Source of the DNA: an uncultured archaeon
Lineage (GTDB): Archaea; Asgardarchaeota; Lokiarchaeia; Sigyniarchaeales; SOKP01
Assembly: GCA_964388035.1 (NCBI GenBank)
Contig: CAYLZE010000024.1
Location: forward strand, 1 to 52,939
Direction of reading: 5' to 3'
Length of the DNA stretch: 52,939 nucleotides
Positions within the stretch are counted from its first letter, which is position 1, and each line of letters opens with the position of its first letter. A program made the translations under genes and the position numbers. The notes beneath the pieces are model-generated. The model had not been told where the DNA came from and did not search any database. It saw nothing but the letters and a program-made list of their open reading frames with translations. Shown piece by piece: positions 10,319 to 19,977 of this stretch.

Positions 10319-11236
10319 ATGGAAGATAATCAAGTAGAAAAATATTTAAAAGCGGGCAAAGCGGTCATTGAAGCAAAGAAACTGGCAAGAGAATTGACCC
10401 AACCAGGAATTTCCTTTTTGGAAATAGCGGATAAATGTGAAGAAAAAATATATGAAGAGGGTTGTGAATTAGCATTTCCCATTAACATGTCTTTAAACGA
10501 AGTTGCAGCTCATTATAGTCCCCCAATTAATGATACCACACTCGTGCCTCAAAAAGGGTTATTAAAAGTAGATTTAGGAGCGCATTTTGATGGATATATC
10601 GCTGATTCTGCCATTACCATTAATATTGATGAAGATCCCACCTTACAAATATACGTGGATGCTGCCAGAGAATCACTTAATGCCGCTATTGATATATTTG
10701 GTCCCGGAGTTAAATTATATGAATTAGGAGAGGTAATTTCCAAGGTCATCCTGTCTTATGGAGTGAAACCGGTTAGAAATTTGGGGGGACACGAGTTGAA
10801 ACAATATAATCTCCATGCGGGTCCATTTATCCCGAATTATAAAGATAAGCGGCATGATCAAGTACTGAAGCCAGGAGATGCCTATGCTTGTGAACCTTTC
10901 ACCACCACGGGTGCTGGGATCGTGTTTAATGGCAACCGTGCTTATATCTATCGGTTTAAAAAAAAAGCTAAAAAAAACATGCCCTACGAAGAAATAAGTT
11001 ACATGAATAAAATCGATACCGAAACCAAGAAACTACCATTCTCTCCGCGGTTTTTATTAAAAAAGCAGCTCATTCCAGAAGACAAGATAGAGAGAATTGT
11101 GGATAGTTTCGTGCGAAAAGATATCTTGGATTATTATCCCATTCTAATTGAACATGAGAGAGCGCTCGTGGCTCAAGAAGAACATACCATAATTATTGAT
11201 AAGAGTGGTAAAACAGTTGTCACCACCCGAGAATGA
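10319..11236 (+). CDS. map: type II methionine aminopeptidase
   Basis: AFPINMSLNEVAAHYSP, DLGAHFDGYIAD, NLGGH, EPF, QEEHT. Confidence 0.96.
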   Translation: MEDNQVEKYLKAGKAVIEAKKLARELTQPGISFLEIADKCEEKIYEEGCELAFPINMSLNEVAAHYSPPINDTTLVPQKGLLKVDLGAHFDGYIADSAITINIDEDPTLQIYVDAARESLNAAIDIFGPGVKLYELGEVISKVILSYGVKPVRNLGGHELKQYNLHAGPFIPNYKDKRHDQVLKPGDAYACEPFTTTGAGIVFNGNRAYIYRFKKKAKKNMPYEEISYMNKIDTETKKLPFSPRFLLKKQLIPEDKIERIVDSFVRKDILDYYPILIEHERALVAQEEHTIIIDKSGKTVVTTRE

Positions 11237-12092
11237 TCTATTCTCTAAATTTATTTTAGTTATTTTATCAGCGGGAGAGGGCAAACGATTCGGTTCGCTC
11301 TCTGATACCCTTCCTAAATCGCTAATCGAATTGAAACATTGGAATGATATTCCTATACTACAATACACCCTTGAAAGGTTTCATGAATTTGGAATTCAGC
11401 AATATTATATTATCATGGGCCATTTAAAGGAGAAAATAGTTCAATTCGTGGAAGATTTATTTGCTAAAAACCCTTTTTTTAAGGGAAAAATAACGCTTCT
11501 TGATTCTGGAATGGAATATAAAAAAGGTCCTCTGTATTCCTTCTATTCCATTTTTAATCATCTAACAAAGTTTAAGGAAGAGAATTATTTCATGATCATC
11601 CCGGGAGATACCTTTTTTGAGCAATCCCTCCTAAAAGAGTTAAAAAAAACTATTTTAATGAATGAACCATTGTTAACTAGCTTTCCATTGCTGTTTTATC
11701 ATTATTGTTCTTTGATGAATGAAGAATCTGAAAATTTCCATGATTCTGAGACGCTTTCAAAGAAAATCTCGATTGTTGGATCCAAAAAGCAAGAGAGCGG
11801 GGAATATCTCGAGAAAATTGAATTAAGGTCCGTCCAAAATCTAAGAAAAGAACGAGATGCGAAAATGATTAAACAAATCATTCCCGCGTGCGTGTTTAAT
11901 TTCAAATTCATGCAGGAAATAATAACATCCCGTCAGGAAATCCAGGGAACTACTTTACGCGATCTATTGAATTTCTTCGCTTCAAAAAAAGGGGAAAAAA
12001 TTCTGGTAAGAGAGATTAAGTATTCTTTGCCTATTTTTGATATTGATCGCCTATCAGATCTGCAAGAGTTCGAGAGGTATTACTCTGCCTAG
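11196..12092 (+). CDS. sugar-phosphate nucleotidyltransferase family protein (start uncertain, possibly TTG 11217)
   Basis: ILSAGEGKRF...PKSLI, PGD, FDID motifs. Confidence 0.75.
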   Translation: MIRVVKQLSPPENDLFSKFILVILSAGEGKRFGSLSDTLPKSLIELKHWNDIPILQYTLERFHEFGIQQYYIIMGHLKEKIVQFVEDLFAKNPFFKGKITLLDSGMEYKKGPLYSFYSIFNHLTKFKEENYFMIIPGDTFFEQSLLKELKKTILMNEPLLTSFPLLFYHYCSLMNEESENFHDSETLSKKISIVGSKKQESGEYLEKIELRSVQNLRKERDAKMIKQIIPACVFNFKFMQEIITSRQEIQGTTLRDLLNFFASKKGEKILVREIKYSLPIFDIDRLSDLQEFERYYSA

Positions 12093-12746
12093 TTTTTAAA
12101 GAAATGAAAAAAAAGCGGAGAATAGTGCAATTAGTTAGAAAAATTTGATCGATTCTCTTGATACTTAAGTTATTTATTCCTGTACTTATTAATGAAAAAA
12201 TGCTAAGGGATTCGGGCGTTACCAAGATTGCACTTTAAAGTAATGAAATGAAGTCCATTAAAAATCAAGGGAACAATGAAAGTAAAGTTACCTTCAGTTA
12301 AATCTCGAGATTGATGAAAATCATTGGTAGAAAGTTATCTAAGATCTTCCAGCATGAAACCCGATCCGCGAATAATATATAAAATTGAAACATGTTCCGA
12401 AAAATCGTTTACCTATCGGAATTACTGGTTAAATTCATCGGAATTTTATTCTCACCATCTTACTTCGAAGAGTCCAAAAAGTTGATAAGGATTCCGAAAA
12501 ATCAAAAAAAATAAATCTAAGCTGTTAAACGGGGAATTACTTGCATTCTCCACTGGTTACTGGTTAAAACGCGTGATAGCGAAAATTAAACCATTGAAAT
12601 ATACACTATTCTCCTAACTATTCATATGCATGTTCACGTATTTAAATGTTAGCATCATGATTTATTATTATAGCCATGCTTTTATTTCATGCATATAACC
12701 ATCAACCACAAGATTATTTAGTAGTTTTAATTATGGATCTTGCATC

Positions 12747-13148
12747 ATGGAACAAGTTGATTCTGGGAACATAAAAGTTTTCATTACTGTTTTCGGAGTA
12801 GGTACTTTAGAAGGGTTAATTATTCGGCATCTTGCCCCTCTTTCGGCGGATATGTTATTGAATAAAATGCCCCTAGTATTACGAGGGCGATTTAGTTTTG
12901 GCACGAAGAAGTATTGGACCTTGCCGGGAGTTGGAATCCATAAAGGATTAAATGCAAGATCGGCAAGGAAAAAGGTGGAAGCGGGGGAGATCATATATAA
13001 CCCAAAGTCCGATGAGTTGATATTCTGCTTGGAGGAAATTGAGATGCCGGACAAGGTAAACATCATTGGCAAAATTACCACTTCCAATCTCGACTTGTTA
13101 AAGAATGCAAAAAATGGATTGAATACTAAAATAGCAAAAGATAAATGA
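12747..13148 (+). CDS. cyclophilin-like fold protein (TM1367/DUF369-like)
   Basis: RHLAPLS...LNKMPL...GEIIYNP...LIFCL...VNIIG pattern. Confidence 0.6.
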   Translation: MEQVDSGNIKVFITVFGVGTLEGLIIRHLAPLSADMLLNKMPLVLRGRFSFGTKKYWTLPGVGIHKGLNARSARKKVEAGEIIYNPKSDELIFCLEEIEMPDKVNIIGKITTSNLDLLKNAKNGLNTKIAKDK

Positions 13149-13166
13149 AATATTGAGAAATAATTA

Positions 13167-13985
13167 ATGGCCATTCAAAAAAAATTAATCCTCGCATTTT
13201 TAATATTTTATAGCGTTACTATCCTCTACTTGTTGCTTTTTTTATACGTTCCCGAAGTAAATCAATTTATCATCTCCTCCCGCAAAAGTTTAACCATCAT
13301 TACCGTAGGCGCTGGCTTCCTTATTGCCATCTTCATTTCCTTCATCATTTGTTTTTTGGGTAGTGCAAGTATTGGATTTCCAGTTCCCTTTCCAGTGGTG
13401 CTTTTTTCGCTTTCAAATTCCATCATTTTGAAATATCTAAATAGGGGGTTCTTGTTTGATCAAATCCTCGGCTTCCCCAGTTTTTGGGGGGAAATTGTCG
13501 TTTTATCCATCACGGGGGGATTAGGTAGTGCATTAGGGGAGTTAACAGGCTATATGGTGGGGTATGGGACTAAAAGAATAGCGGAAGGAACAGATTCCAC
13601 ACTGCTAGACAACATGGATGGTTTCGGTCGGTTAATTTTAAAGAATAAAAGAAGGATCCCTGTTTATGTCTTCATTTTTGGGGTTAGTCCACTTCCTGAT
13701 GATTTACTATTTATTCCATTGGGATTGATCAAGTATCCTTTATGGAAATGCATCCTTCCCGGATGGTTAGGGAAAAGCATTACCATACTTTTTTATTGTT
13801 GTTGGCCCATCTTGATTGCACTCGGTTTTCAATTAGGAGGAATAATGACTACTGATGCATCTAGCATTATTACCGAAGCCTTGATCTTATTAATTACTCT
13901 CACGATCATGTTTTTCATAATGGCTTTTAATTGGAACAAATATATCAAGAATAAAATTTCCTTGAAGAAAGAGGTAAGCGAGTAG
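13167..13985 (+). CDS. DedA/VTT-domain membrane protein
   Basis: GSALGELTGYMVG, SPLPDDLLFIPLG, GK motifs; several TM segments. Confidence 0.8.
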   Translation: MAIQKKLILAFLIFYSVTILYLLLFLYVPEVNQFIISSRKSLTIITVGAGFLIAIFISFIICFLGSASIGFPVPFPVVLFSLSNSIILKYLNRGFLFDQILGFPSFWGEIVVLSITGGLGSALGELTGYMVGYGTKRIAEGTDSTLLDNMDGFGRLILKNKRRIPVYVFIFGVSPLPDDLLFIPLGLIKYPLWKCILPGWLGKSITILFYCCWPILIALGFQLGGIMTTDASSIITEALILLITLTIMFFIMAFNWNKYIKNKISLKKEVSE

Positions 13986-14067
13986 AGCTTATGAAAAAGG
14001 GTATTTTTATAGAGCTGAGGTAGAGAGGATTGGAAATTCTTTCTCCTTGAATGTAAGAATTATTCGG

Positions 14068-14235
14068 TTATTGATTCTTCAAGCAATTCTTACAAACAAA
14101 TACCACTTTCTTTTTATCCGCTTTCTCTTCGCAGAAATAAATCTGTTTCCAAATATAAGATCCGCATATTTGACACACTGCAGGGGTTCGGCTTTCACCC
14201 AATAAAGGACCGAGATGTTTAAAATTCACTGACAT
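14068..14235 (-). CDS. small zinc-ribbon protein, 55 aa (not in ORF track)
   Basis: MSVNFKHLGPLLGESRTPAVCQICGSYIWKQIYFCEEKADKKKVVFVCKNCLKNQ; two CxxC; starts 4 nt after the Alba-like stop. Confidence 0.7.
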   Translation of the reverse strand: MSVNFKHLGPLLGESRTPAVCQICGSYIWKQIYFCEEKADKKKVVFVCKNCLKNQ

Positions 14236-14239
14236 AGTT

Positions 14240-14569
14240 TTATTCTAGTGTTTTGGTTTTTATAGTAATTTCAATTTGAGAAATTAAATCTTTTTGATTG
14301 TTACGTTTATTGTTATACTGTTTTTTTTTATTTTGTCTATAAAAAGGGCGCGATCCTAGCGAAATGTTGGTGATTTCAATACCGGGATACATGCGTTGCT
14401 TTAAGATTTCTGCAACCTCGACTGCCGTCGAAATTTCTTTTCCCTCACCTTTAATTAAAATATTTTTCGCTCCCGTCAAGGAAAAAATTGCGTCTTTTAT
14501 GATTTTATCCTTATCTCGACGATCTTTGACATAGAAAGTTTGTTCATTATTCATTAAAAAAAAACTCAT
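14240..14569 (-). CDS. Alba-family nucleic-acid-binding protein (divergent)
   Basis: ILIKGEGKEISTAVEVAEILKQR and ISQIEITI match the Alba fold signature. Confidence 0.8.
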   Translation of the reverse strand: MSFFLMNNEQTFYVKDRRDKDKIIKDAIFSLTGAKNILIKGEGKEISTAVEVAEILKQRMYPGIEITNISLGSRPFYRQNKKKQYNNKRNNQKDLISQIEITIKTKTLE

Positions 14570-14764
14570 AAAATATGATTAAAAGAAGGTTAACATAGTA
14601 AAAGTATTAATCTTCTAATTTAAACTATTTGAAGAAATCTACAAATATAATAAATGTCCTATCTTAATTAAATTTTAGTTCTTTATAAAGTTAATAAAAA
14701 GATCACTTTCTAAGATTCTTATAAGTAGAGTTAGGAAAACGGATATTAATGTAATAATAATACC

Positions 14765-15307
14765 ATGAAGGTCATTTCAATTTGTGGTCTGCCGGGATCG
14801 GGAAAATCCACTGCAATTGATGCGATAAAAGATATAGGGCATGTGATCACCATGGGGGATGTAATCCGACAAGAAGCCCGTTTAAGAAATATTCCTGGAA
14901 CCGGAGAAAATCTGGGAAAAATTGCACGAGAATTACGGGAGAGACATGGTCCCGAGATTATTGCTAAGAAATGCGTGGATATGATCAAAAGTTTAGGTGA
15001 GGAGATCATTATCGTGGATGGAGTGCGTTCTCTTTCGGAGGTAACAATTTTTAGAACATATTGGTCTTTTCCCATAATTGCAATTATTGCGAGTGAGGAA
15101 ATAAGGTTTAAAAGGCTTCTGGAACGTGAAAGAAGTGATGATCCCAAAACTATTGAAGATTTAAGAAAAAGAGATAACAGAGAAATCGAATTCGGACAAA
15201 AATGGGTAATAGAAGCAGCCGATTACAAGATATATAATGATTCCACGATAGAAGAATTGAAAAAGAAGACGAGAACCCTCGTGTTGGATATTTTAGGAAA
15301 AGAATAG
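14765..15307 (+). CDS. UPF0200 P-loop nucleotide/dephospho-CoA kinase-like protein
   Basis: GLPGSGKS, MGDVIR, DGVRS, R.DD...RD.RE. Confidence 0.85.
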   Translation: MKVISICGLPGSGKSTAIDAIKDIGHVITMGDVIRQEARLRNIPGTGENLGKIARELRERHGPEIIAKKCVDMIKSLGEEIIIVDGVRSLSEVTIFRTYWSFPIIAIIASEEIRFKRLLERERSDDPKTIEDLRKRDNREIEFGQKWVIEAADYKIYNDSTIEELKKKTRTLVLDILGKE

Positions 15308-15316
15308 GGTTTTGTT

Positions 15317-16222
15317 TCATTTAAGGTAGTCTGCAATTGCCCTTGCAAGACTAACTTTACTGGTCTCGTTATCAATGGAATCTGTTGAGATGATATCATC
15401 CGCACCCGCGGTAAGAATGCGATATTTGGCTTGTTCCAGCAATAGCGCGTGCGTTGCTACAGCGTATATTTTTCTTGCCCCACTCTGTTTTGCTAATTTT
15501 ATGGCATTTGCCATGGTTCCCCCAGTTGCGATGATGTCGTCTGAAATGACCACATCTTTATTTTTCAGGCTCAAGGAACCCGACATCGTGATTTCTCCCG
15601 TTTTGACGTCTCTTTTTTTCTCAAAAAAGTCCACCGGGATATTTTCTCCAAAATGCCGTGCAAATGCTCGGGACCTCTCAACAGCACCTTTATCAGGAGA
15701 TACCACCACGATATCACGTAAGCCCAAGGTTAATAGATATTCAGCCAATATTTTCATGGAATCAATATTTACCACTTTATTGCAGATTAATTCTTCCAGC
15801 ACGTTAGGAGCATGTACGTCCACCACGTATAATTCATTAATCCTCATGGAATCGATAAAACCTAACACGGTCTCCGCGAATTTACTTTCTCCGGGTCGAA
15901 AGATCTTATCCTGACGAGCATAAGCCAAATAAGGGATAACAATGATCACTTTACCCGCCCCCATGCGCTTCACGGCATCAATCATCATGAAAAGCTCAAA
16001 TAGACGGGCATTTTGGCTACTATTCGCGCTGGGACCTGTCGATTGAACGATGGTGATTTCATTTCCCTGAATGAGGGTTTCATCCTCAATATTGATTCTA
16101 AGATAATTTTCTCCATCGGGAAAGGTCTTGGCTTCTGTATTAAGGCATTTTATATCGAGTTCTTTCGCAAGCCGCACGCCCAATATCTGGGAGGCAGGTC
16201 CTGCAATAATTATTTTTTCCAG
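15317..16222 (-). CDS. prs: ribose-phosphate pyrophosphokinase; probable CTG start
   Basis: FPDGE, PYLAYARQD, SPDKG, DDIIATGGT; N-terminal strand EKIIIAGPASQ lies upstream of the track's TTG (16183). Confidence 0.95.
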   Translation of the reverse strand: MEKIIIAGPASQILGVRLAKELDIKCLNTEAKTFPDGENYLRINIEDETLIQGNEITIVQSTGPSANSSQNARLFELFMMIDAVKRMGAGKVIIVIPYLAYARQDKIFRPGESKFAETVLGFIDSMRINELYVVDVHAPNVLEELICNKVVNIDSMKILAEYLLTLGLRDIVVVSPDKGAVERSRAFARHFGENIPVDFFEKKRDVKTGEITMSGSLSLKNKDVVISDDIIATGGTMANAIKLAKQSGARKIYAVATHALLLEQAKYRILTAGADDIISTDSIDNETSKVSLARAIADYLK

Positions 16223-16268
16223 TGAAACTCACTTCCGATTATTTTTTTTAATAATGGTAATCATTTCC

Positions 16269-16988
16269 TTATATGGTCCTAATAAATTCCAATACCTTTT
16301 GAAAGAGCTCTTCTCTATGTCCCTTAAAAGAATGACCGCCATCTTCATAGGAGAGGGCATTATTATCGCTTAATCCTAATTGTTCCTTTATTTGAGCAAA
16401 ATTACTGTAGGGAATAGTGGGATCATTTTTACAGTGAGCAATAAATATTCGTTTATCGTTGGAAGGTTCATTTTTTAAAAAATACCTGGGACTCATTTTC
16501 AATATTACATCTTCGGAAAATCTTACCTGCGTAGTGTGATAATCAAATCGCGTGCAAAGAGCCACGAGTTTATCTATTCTCTTATCCATGAAGCCACTCG
16601 TGAGGATAATTGCACCGCCCAGACTGCGTCCGAATAAGGCTATCTTATCATTCAGGACTCTATCTTTTTGAGCATCGAGGAGCCAACTAACTACTTCTTG
16701 AAGATCCGAAAAAATCTGAGGAATCATTTTATCCCAACGGGAGCCCGTTTGTTTCTTGGTTTCTCCGTGACCACGATAATCATAGGACAAGACATAATAC
16801 CCCGCTTCGACGAATTTTTCCGTATAATACTTCACGAAATAACTCTCCCGATGATCCAATAAGCCCGCCATGTTCATTATGAAGGGCGTCTGTGGGGGTG
16901 TAGAACTCGAGAAATAAATTGAGCTCTTGAGAACAATATTATCTTTAGCTATGGGAATATCATGATCCTCTTTTAGAATTTTAGCCAT
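16269..16988 (-). CDS. alpha/beta hydrolase
   Basis: DYRGHG, GRSLGG nucleophile elbow, NDPTIP, GGH. Confidence 0.9.
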   Translation of the reverse strand: MAKILKEDHDIPIAKDNIVLKSSIYFSSSTPPQTPFIMNMAGLLDHRESYFVKYYTEKFVEAGYYVLSYDYRGHGETKKQTGSRWDKMIPQIFSDLQEVVSWLLDAQKDRVLNDKIALFGRSLGGAIILTSGFMDKRIDKLVALCTRFDYHTTQVRFSEDVILKMSPRYFLKNEPSNDKRIFIAHCKNDPTIPYSNFAQIKEQLGLSDNNALSYEDGGHSFKGHREELFQKVLEFIRTI

Positions 16989-17006
16989 GATGATTATTAG
17001 GAAGGC

Positions 17007-17453
17007 TTACTTCTTATTATATTTTTCAATTGCTCGTCTCAGGGTACGGATCGCAAGTTCTGCACAATGCTTGTGATCTTCCGGTAATCCTTGCAGAGCA
17101 GCATCGATATCTTCAGGGGTTAATTTTTCTGCTTCTTCTACCCCTTTTCCCTCAATCATCATCATGGTTTGGCTTCCTGTCGCAACGGAGGCCCCACATC
17201 CATCCGTGATGAATTGGGCTTTTTGTATGATATCATTCTTAATATTCAGGTAAAATGTCATCTGATCCCCACATGGTCCTCGATATGCTTCTTGGACGGT
17301 GGTCTCTTCTTCATTCAATTTGCCCCAATTTTTAGGATCATGAAACAGCTTTACGATATATTCGTTAAAATCTTCAAGTTCTTTATTTATAATTTCCTTC
17401 TGTAAATTTTCTACAAATTCATCAAATTTTTTCTCAAAATCTTCATTCGACAT
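17007..17453 (-). CDS. iscU: Fe-S cluster scaffold IscU/NifU-like
   Basis: PKNWG, GPCGD, DGCGAS, KHCA (three conserved Cys). Confidence 0.9.
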   Translation of the reverse strand: MSNEDFEKKFDEFVENLQKEIINKELEDFNEYIVKLFHDPKNWGKLNEEETTVQEAYRGPCGDQMTFYLNIKNDIIQKAQFITDGCGASVATGSQTMMMIEGKGVEEAEKLTPEDIDAALQGLPEDHKHCAELAIRTLRRAIEKYNKK

Positions 17454-17553
17454 GTCGATCGTAATTATTAAAGGAAAGTACTAATTTAAGATTGAAAGGG
17501 ATAACAAGCAATAAAAATTTATTATTTAAAACTAGTTGCCATGTTCTCAAGCT

Positions 17554-17838
17554 TTATTCATGTTTAAGGACGTGAGTCTCTAAAGACTGAATCGATTCAG
17601 CATCCTGAGGTTGGGTTTTATACTTCTTCATGATTTCGATTATGCTTTTATTGATCTCTTGATGTTGAGATAAGCAAGAACTACTTTTAAGAAAGTCTTC
17701 TCCATGTCGGATGGCAGCAGTATTCTCAGTTATTTTTATCAATTCCGTTGCCAACACCGAATTTAAATAAATTAGATCTGCCATCATGCTTTTTATATAC
17801 ATTAATAAAGGTAAGGTATCGCTCACTTTTTTTATCAC
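17554..17838 (-). CDS. hypothetical protein
   Basis: 94-aa ORF filling the intergenic space, amphipathic helical character. Confidence 0.6.
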   Translation of the reverse strand: MIKKVSDTLPLLMYIKSMMADLIYLNSVLATELIKITENTAAIRHGEDFLKSSSCLSQHQEINKSIIEIMKKYKTQPQDAESIQSLETHVLKHE

Positions 17839-18011
17839 GAGTTTTGATTACTTTTAGATCAGTAAATATTTCTTAAAATTTAATTTTTAGCTTCCCAATC
17901 GCAAGTTCTTGCCCATTTGACTACTTATAAAAAGTTAAAATAATATATTTAGGGAACAGTATTTTACCTATAATAATCAGATATTCCATTTCTATTATTG
18001 AGAAAAAGAAG

Positions 18012-18509
18012 ATGGTGGATTTTAGGGATTATTATCAAGGTTTGGTTTCGCTCAGTTTAATGATTTTCATTTTTTCACTTACCTTCATGCTCGGATCCGT
18101 GTTGATGAAACCATACATTGCGCTGGAGCCCAATGACCTCACCATGATTATCATTTTATGTGCGATTAATTTTTTCTTTTGCTCCTATTATCTGATAGAA
18201 GCATCCCTTTTCAATAAAGTAATGAGATTGGAAGATAAGCAGCTCATAAGATACGGAAAGCGGATTGGCGTGATTTCTTGTTTTTATTTGCCTCATGTAG
18301 CGGCTCTAATCACGTTTGCTTTTCAACAAATCCACGGGTTAGAGAAAATGATGCTGGTACTTATCATATTAATGGAACTTCTCCTCATAGGTTTGGTTTT
18401 TAAGCAAGTTCATGATTTAGTATTTAAAGATCAGATTGAAAGAGAATATGAACTGGAAAAAAATCGAAAAAGATATGGAAAGGCGAAATTAGAGCAATTA
18501 CATGATTAA
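18012..18509 (+). CDS. hypothetical membrane protein (about 4 TM)
   Basis: Four hydrophobic segments, charged tail. Confidence 0.7.
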   Translation: MVDFRDYYQGLVSLSLMIFIFSLTFMLGSVLMKPYIALEPNDLTMIIILCAINFFFCSYYLIEASLFNKVMRLEDKQLIRYGKRIGVISCFYLPHVAALITFAFQQIHGLEKMMLVLIILMELLLIGLVFKQVHDLVFKDQIEREYELEKNRKRYGKAKLEQLHD

Positions 18510-18512
18510 GAG

Positions 18513-19760
18513 TTAAGCTTTACTCAGTTTTTCGAGCGCGGTATCTATCATCTTCAATTTAGTACTGTATTTTTCCATTAGCTCCGCAAACTTGTGTAAA
18601 TCTATTTCATTGCTTTCTTTTAAATTCTTAATCTCGTTGATAGTTCTTACGATACCCGCTTTTTTATCCAACAATTTTTCTTTTTTGCTATAGGGGATCT
18701 TTTTTTCTAATCTCTTGGTCTGAAATTTCTTGAATCTCTTGATATTTAAATCTTTAGGCACGAATTTCGTAAGATATACGGTAGATTTGGGGACGAAAGG
18801 AGCTAAATTCTCCGGAACTATTATGATGGGTTCGGGATCTTGGATTTTCTTTATTTCTTCATAATCGAGTAGAGCTTGATCCTTTTTGCCTAGAATTTCC
18901 TCCACTATTTCTAGATTATGCTTAATGCTCTCTCTTTCTTCATCGGTTAATTCCTTTAAATTGGAGACCATGTTTTCCCAAATTTCCTGGGATTTCACAA
19001 AATACCACAGGGCCTTTTGGTCCAATCTATCTACTTTATCCTTGTTAATATTGGTAATGGAGGACTCCATGGAAGCTCTTGCCTTCAACTTACATGCTTT
19101 TCCCATATCATAATGAAACTGGGCTCTTATTTGTTGTTTCTTTTTCTCATCATGTTTTTTCAAGTAAAAAAGGCGCTTGGATAATGCACTCAATCCCGCA
19201 TATAATTTTGAAGCAAAATAGATGTTTCCAACCGTTTCTTCTTTTAGGGCAGCAATACTTTGAGCAATGATTCTTGCTTCTTCCGAATTCAACTCAAGTT
19301 CTTCCGCATTTAGGAGGTATCCTTTTTCATCTTGCTGAATAGATGCTGCACTAAAGTAAGCTGCAGTCTTAAAATATTTACTCGATTCCACTACAGCTAT
19401 AATGGCATTATCCCATTCCTCTTTTGCCTCATAACTTTCAGAAAGAGAAGAATAGGCTTTTGCCATCACCCATAAAGTTCTTGCGCATTCAAAAATTAAA
19501 TCAGAAATCTCAATATCTTTTTCTAAAAAAGAATCATGGAAATGGGAGGTAATGTCCAGTTCTTTTAATAACTGGGCATGATTAGAGTTTTGATAATTAA
19601 TGTTCAAAATCATGGTATACTCCAAGATCAAATTCAGATCATCAAGGCTAAATGCCTCCTCTTCTTTCTCTAATGCTTCTTCTAGCTGTTTTATTTTGAA
19701 ATGCAAAAAGCGAATTCTTTGCATTTGCTCTTCCGTGAATACGGGGGTCTTAACAAACAT
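18513..19760 (-). CDS. putative BRO1-domain (ALIX/BROX-like) protein
   Basis: FHDSF..., FECARTLWVMAKAYSSLS, SKYFKTAAYF, IIAQ...ASKL collinear with the recalled BRO1 consensus. Confidence 0.6.
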   Translation of the reverse strand: MFVKTPVFTEEQMQRIRFLHFKIKQLEEALEKEEEAFSLDDLNLILEYTMILNINYQNSNHAQLLKELDITSHFHDSFLEKDIEISDLIFECARTLWVMAKAYSSLSESYEAKEEWDNAIIAVVESSKYFKTAAYFSAASIQQDEKGYLLNAEELELNSEEARIIAQSIAALKEETVGNIYFASKLYAGLSALSKRLFYLKKHDEKKKQQIRAQFHYDMGKACKLKARASMESSITNINKDKVDRLDQKALWYFVKSQEIWENMVSNLKELTDEERESIKHNLEIVEEILGKKDQALLDYEEIKKIQDPEPIIIVPENLAPFVPKSTVYLTKFVPKDLNIKRFKKFQTKRLEKKIPYSKKEKLLDKKAGIVRTINEIKNLKESNEIDLHKFAELMEKYSTKLKMIDTALEKLSKA

Positions 19761-19977
19761 GTTATTTTTATTGTTAAATTTATGTTATGATAAGGTAAGG
19801 TATTTTTCTATAATAGTTTATTCATTTTTATCCTCAGATCACCATAACCTTTTTAAAATGATGCAATTTTTAAGAATTAAAGTATCTTAAACCTAATTTT
19901 CAATAATTCATCTTAAAATGGTATTAATACTTTAAGTTACGCAAGCAAAGTTCCCCTATAAAAATTGAATATCCTTA

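Noticed and set aside
12093-12746. 650-nt intergenic gap with a 43-codon ORF (12354-12485, MKPDPRII...) and repeated TTACTGGTT words
   Set aside because: No recognisable family, RNA structure or regular repeat spacing; cannot be supported, though an ncRNA is not excluded
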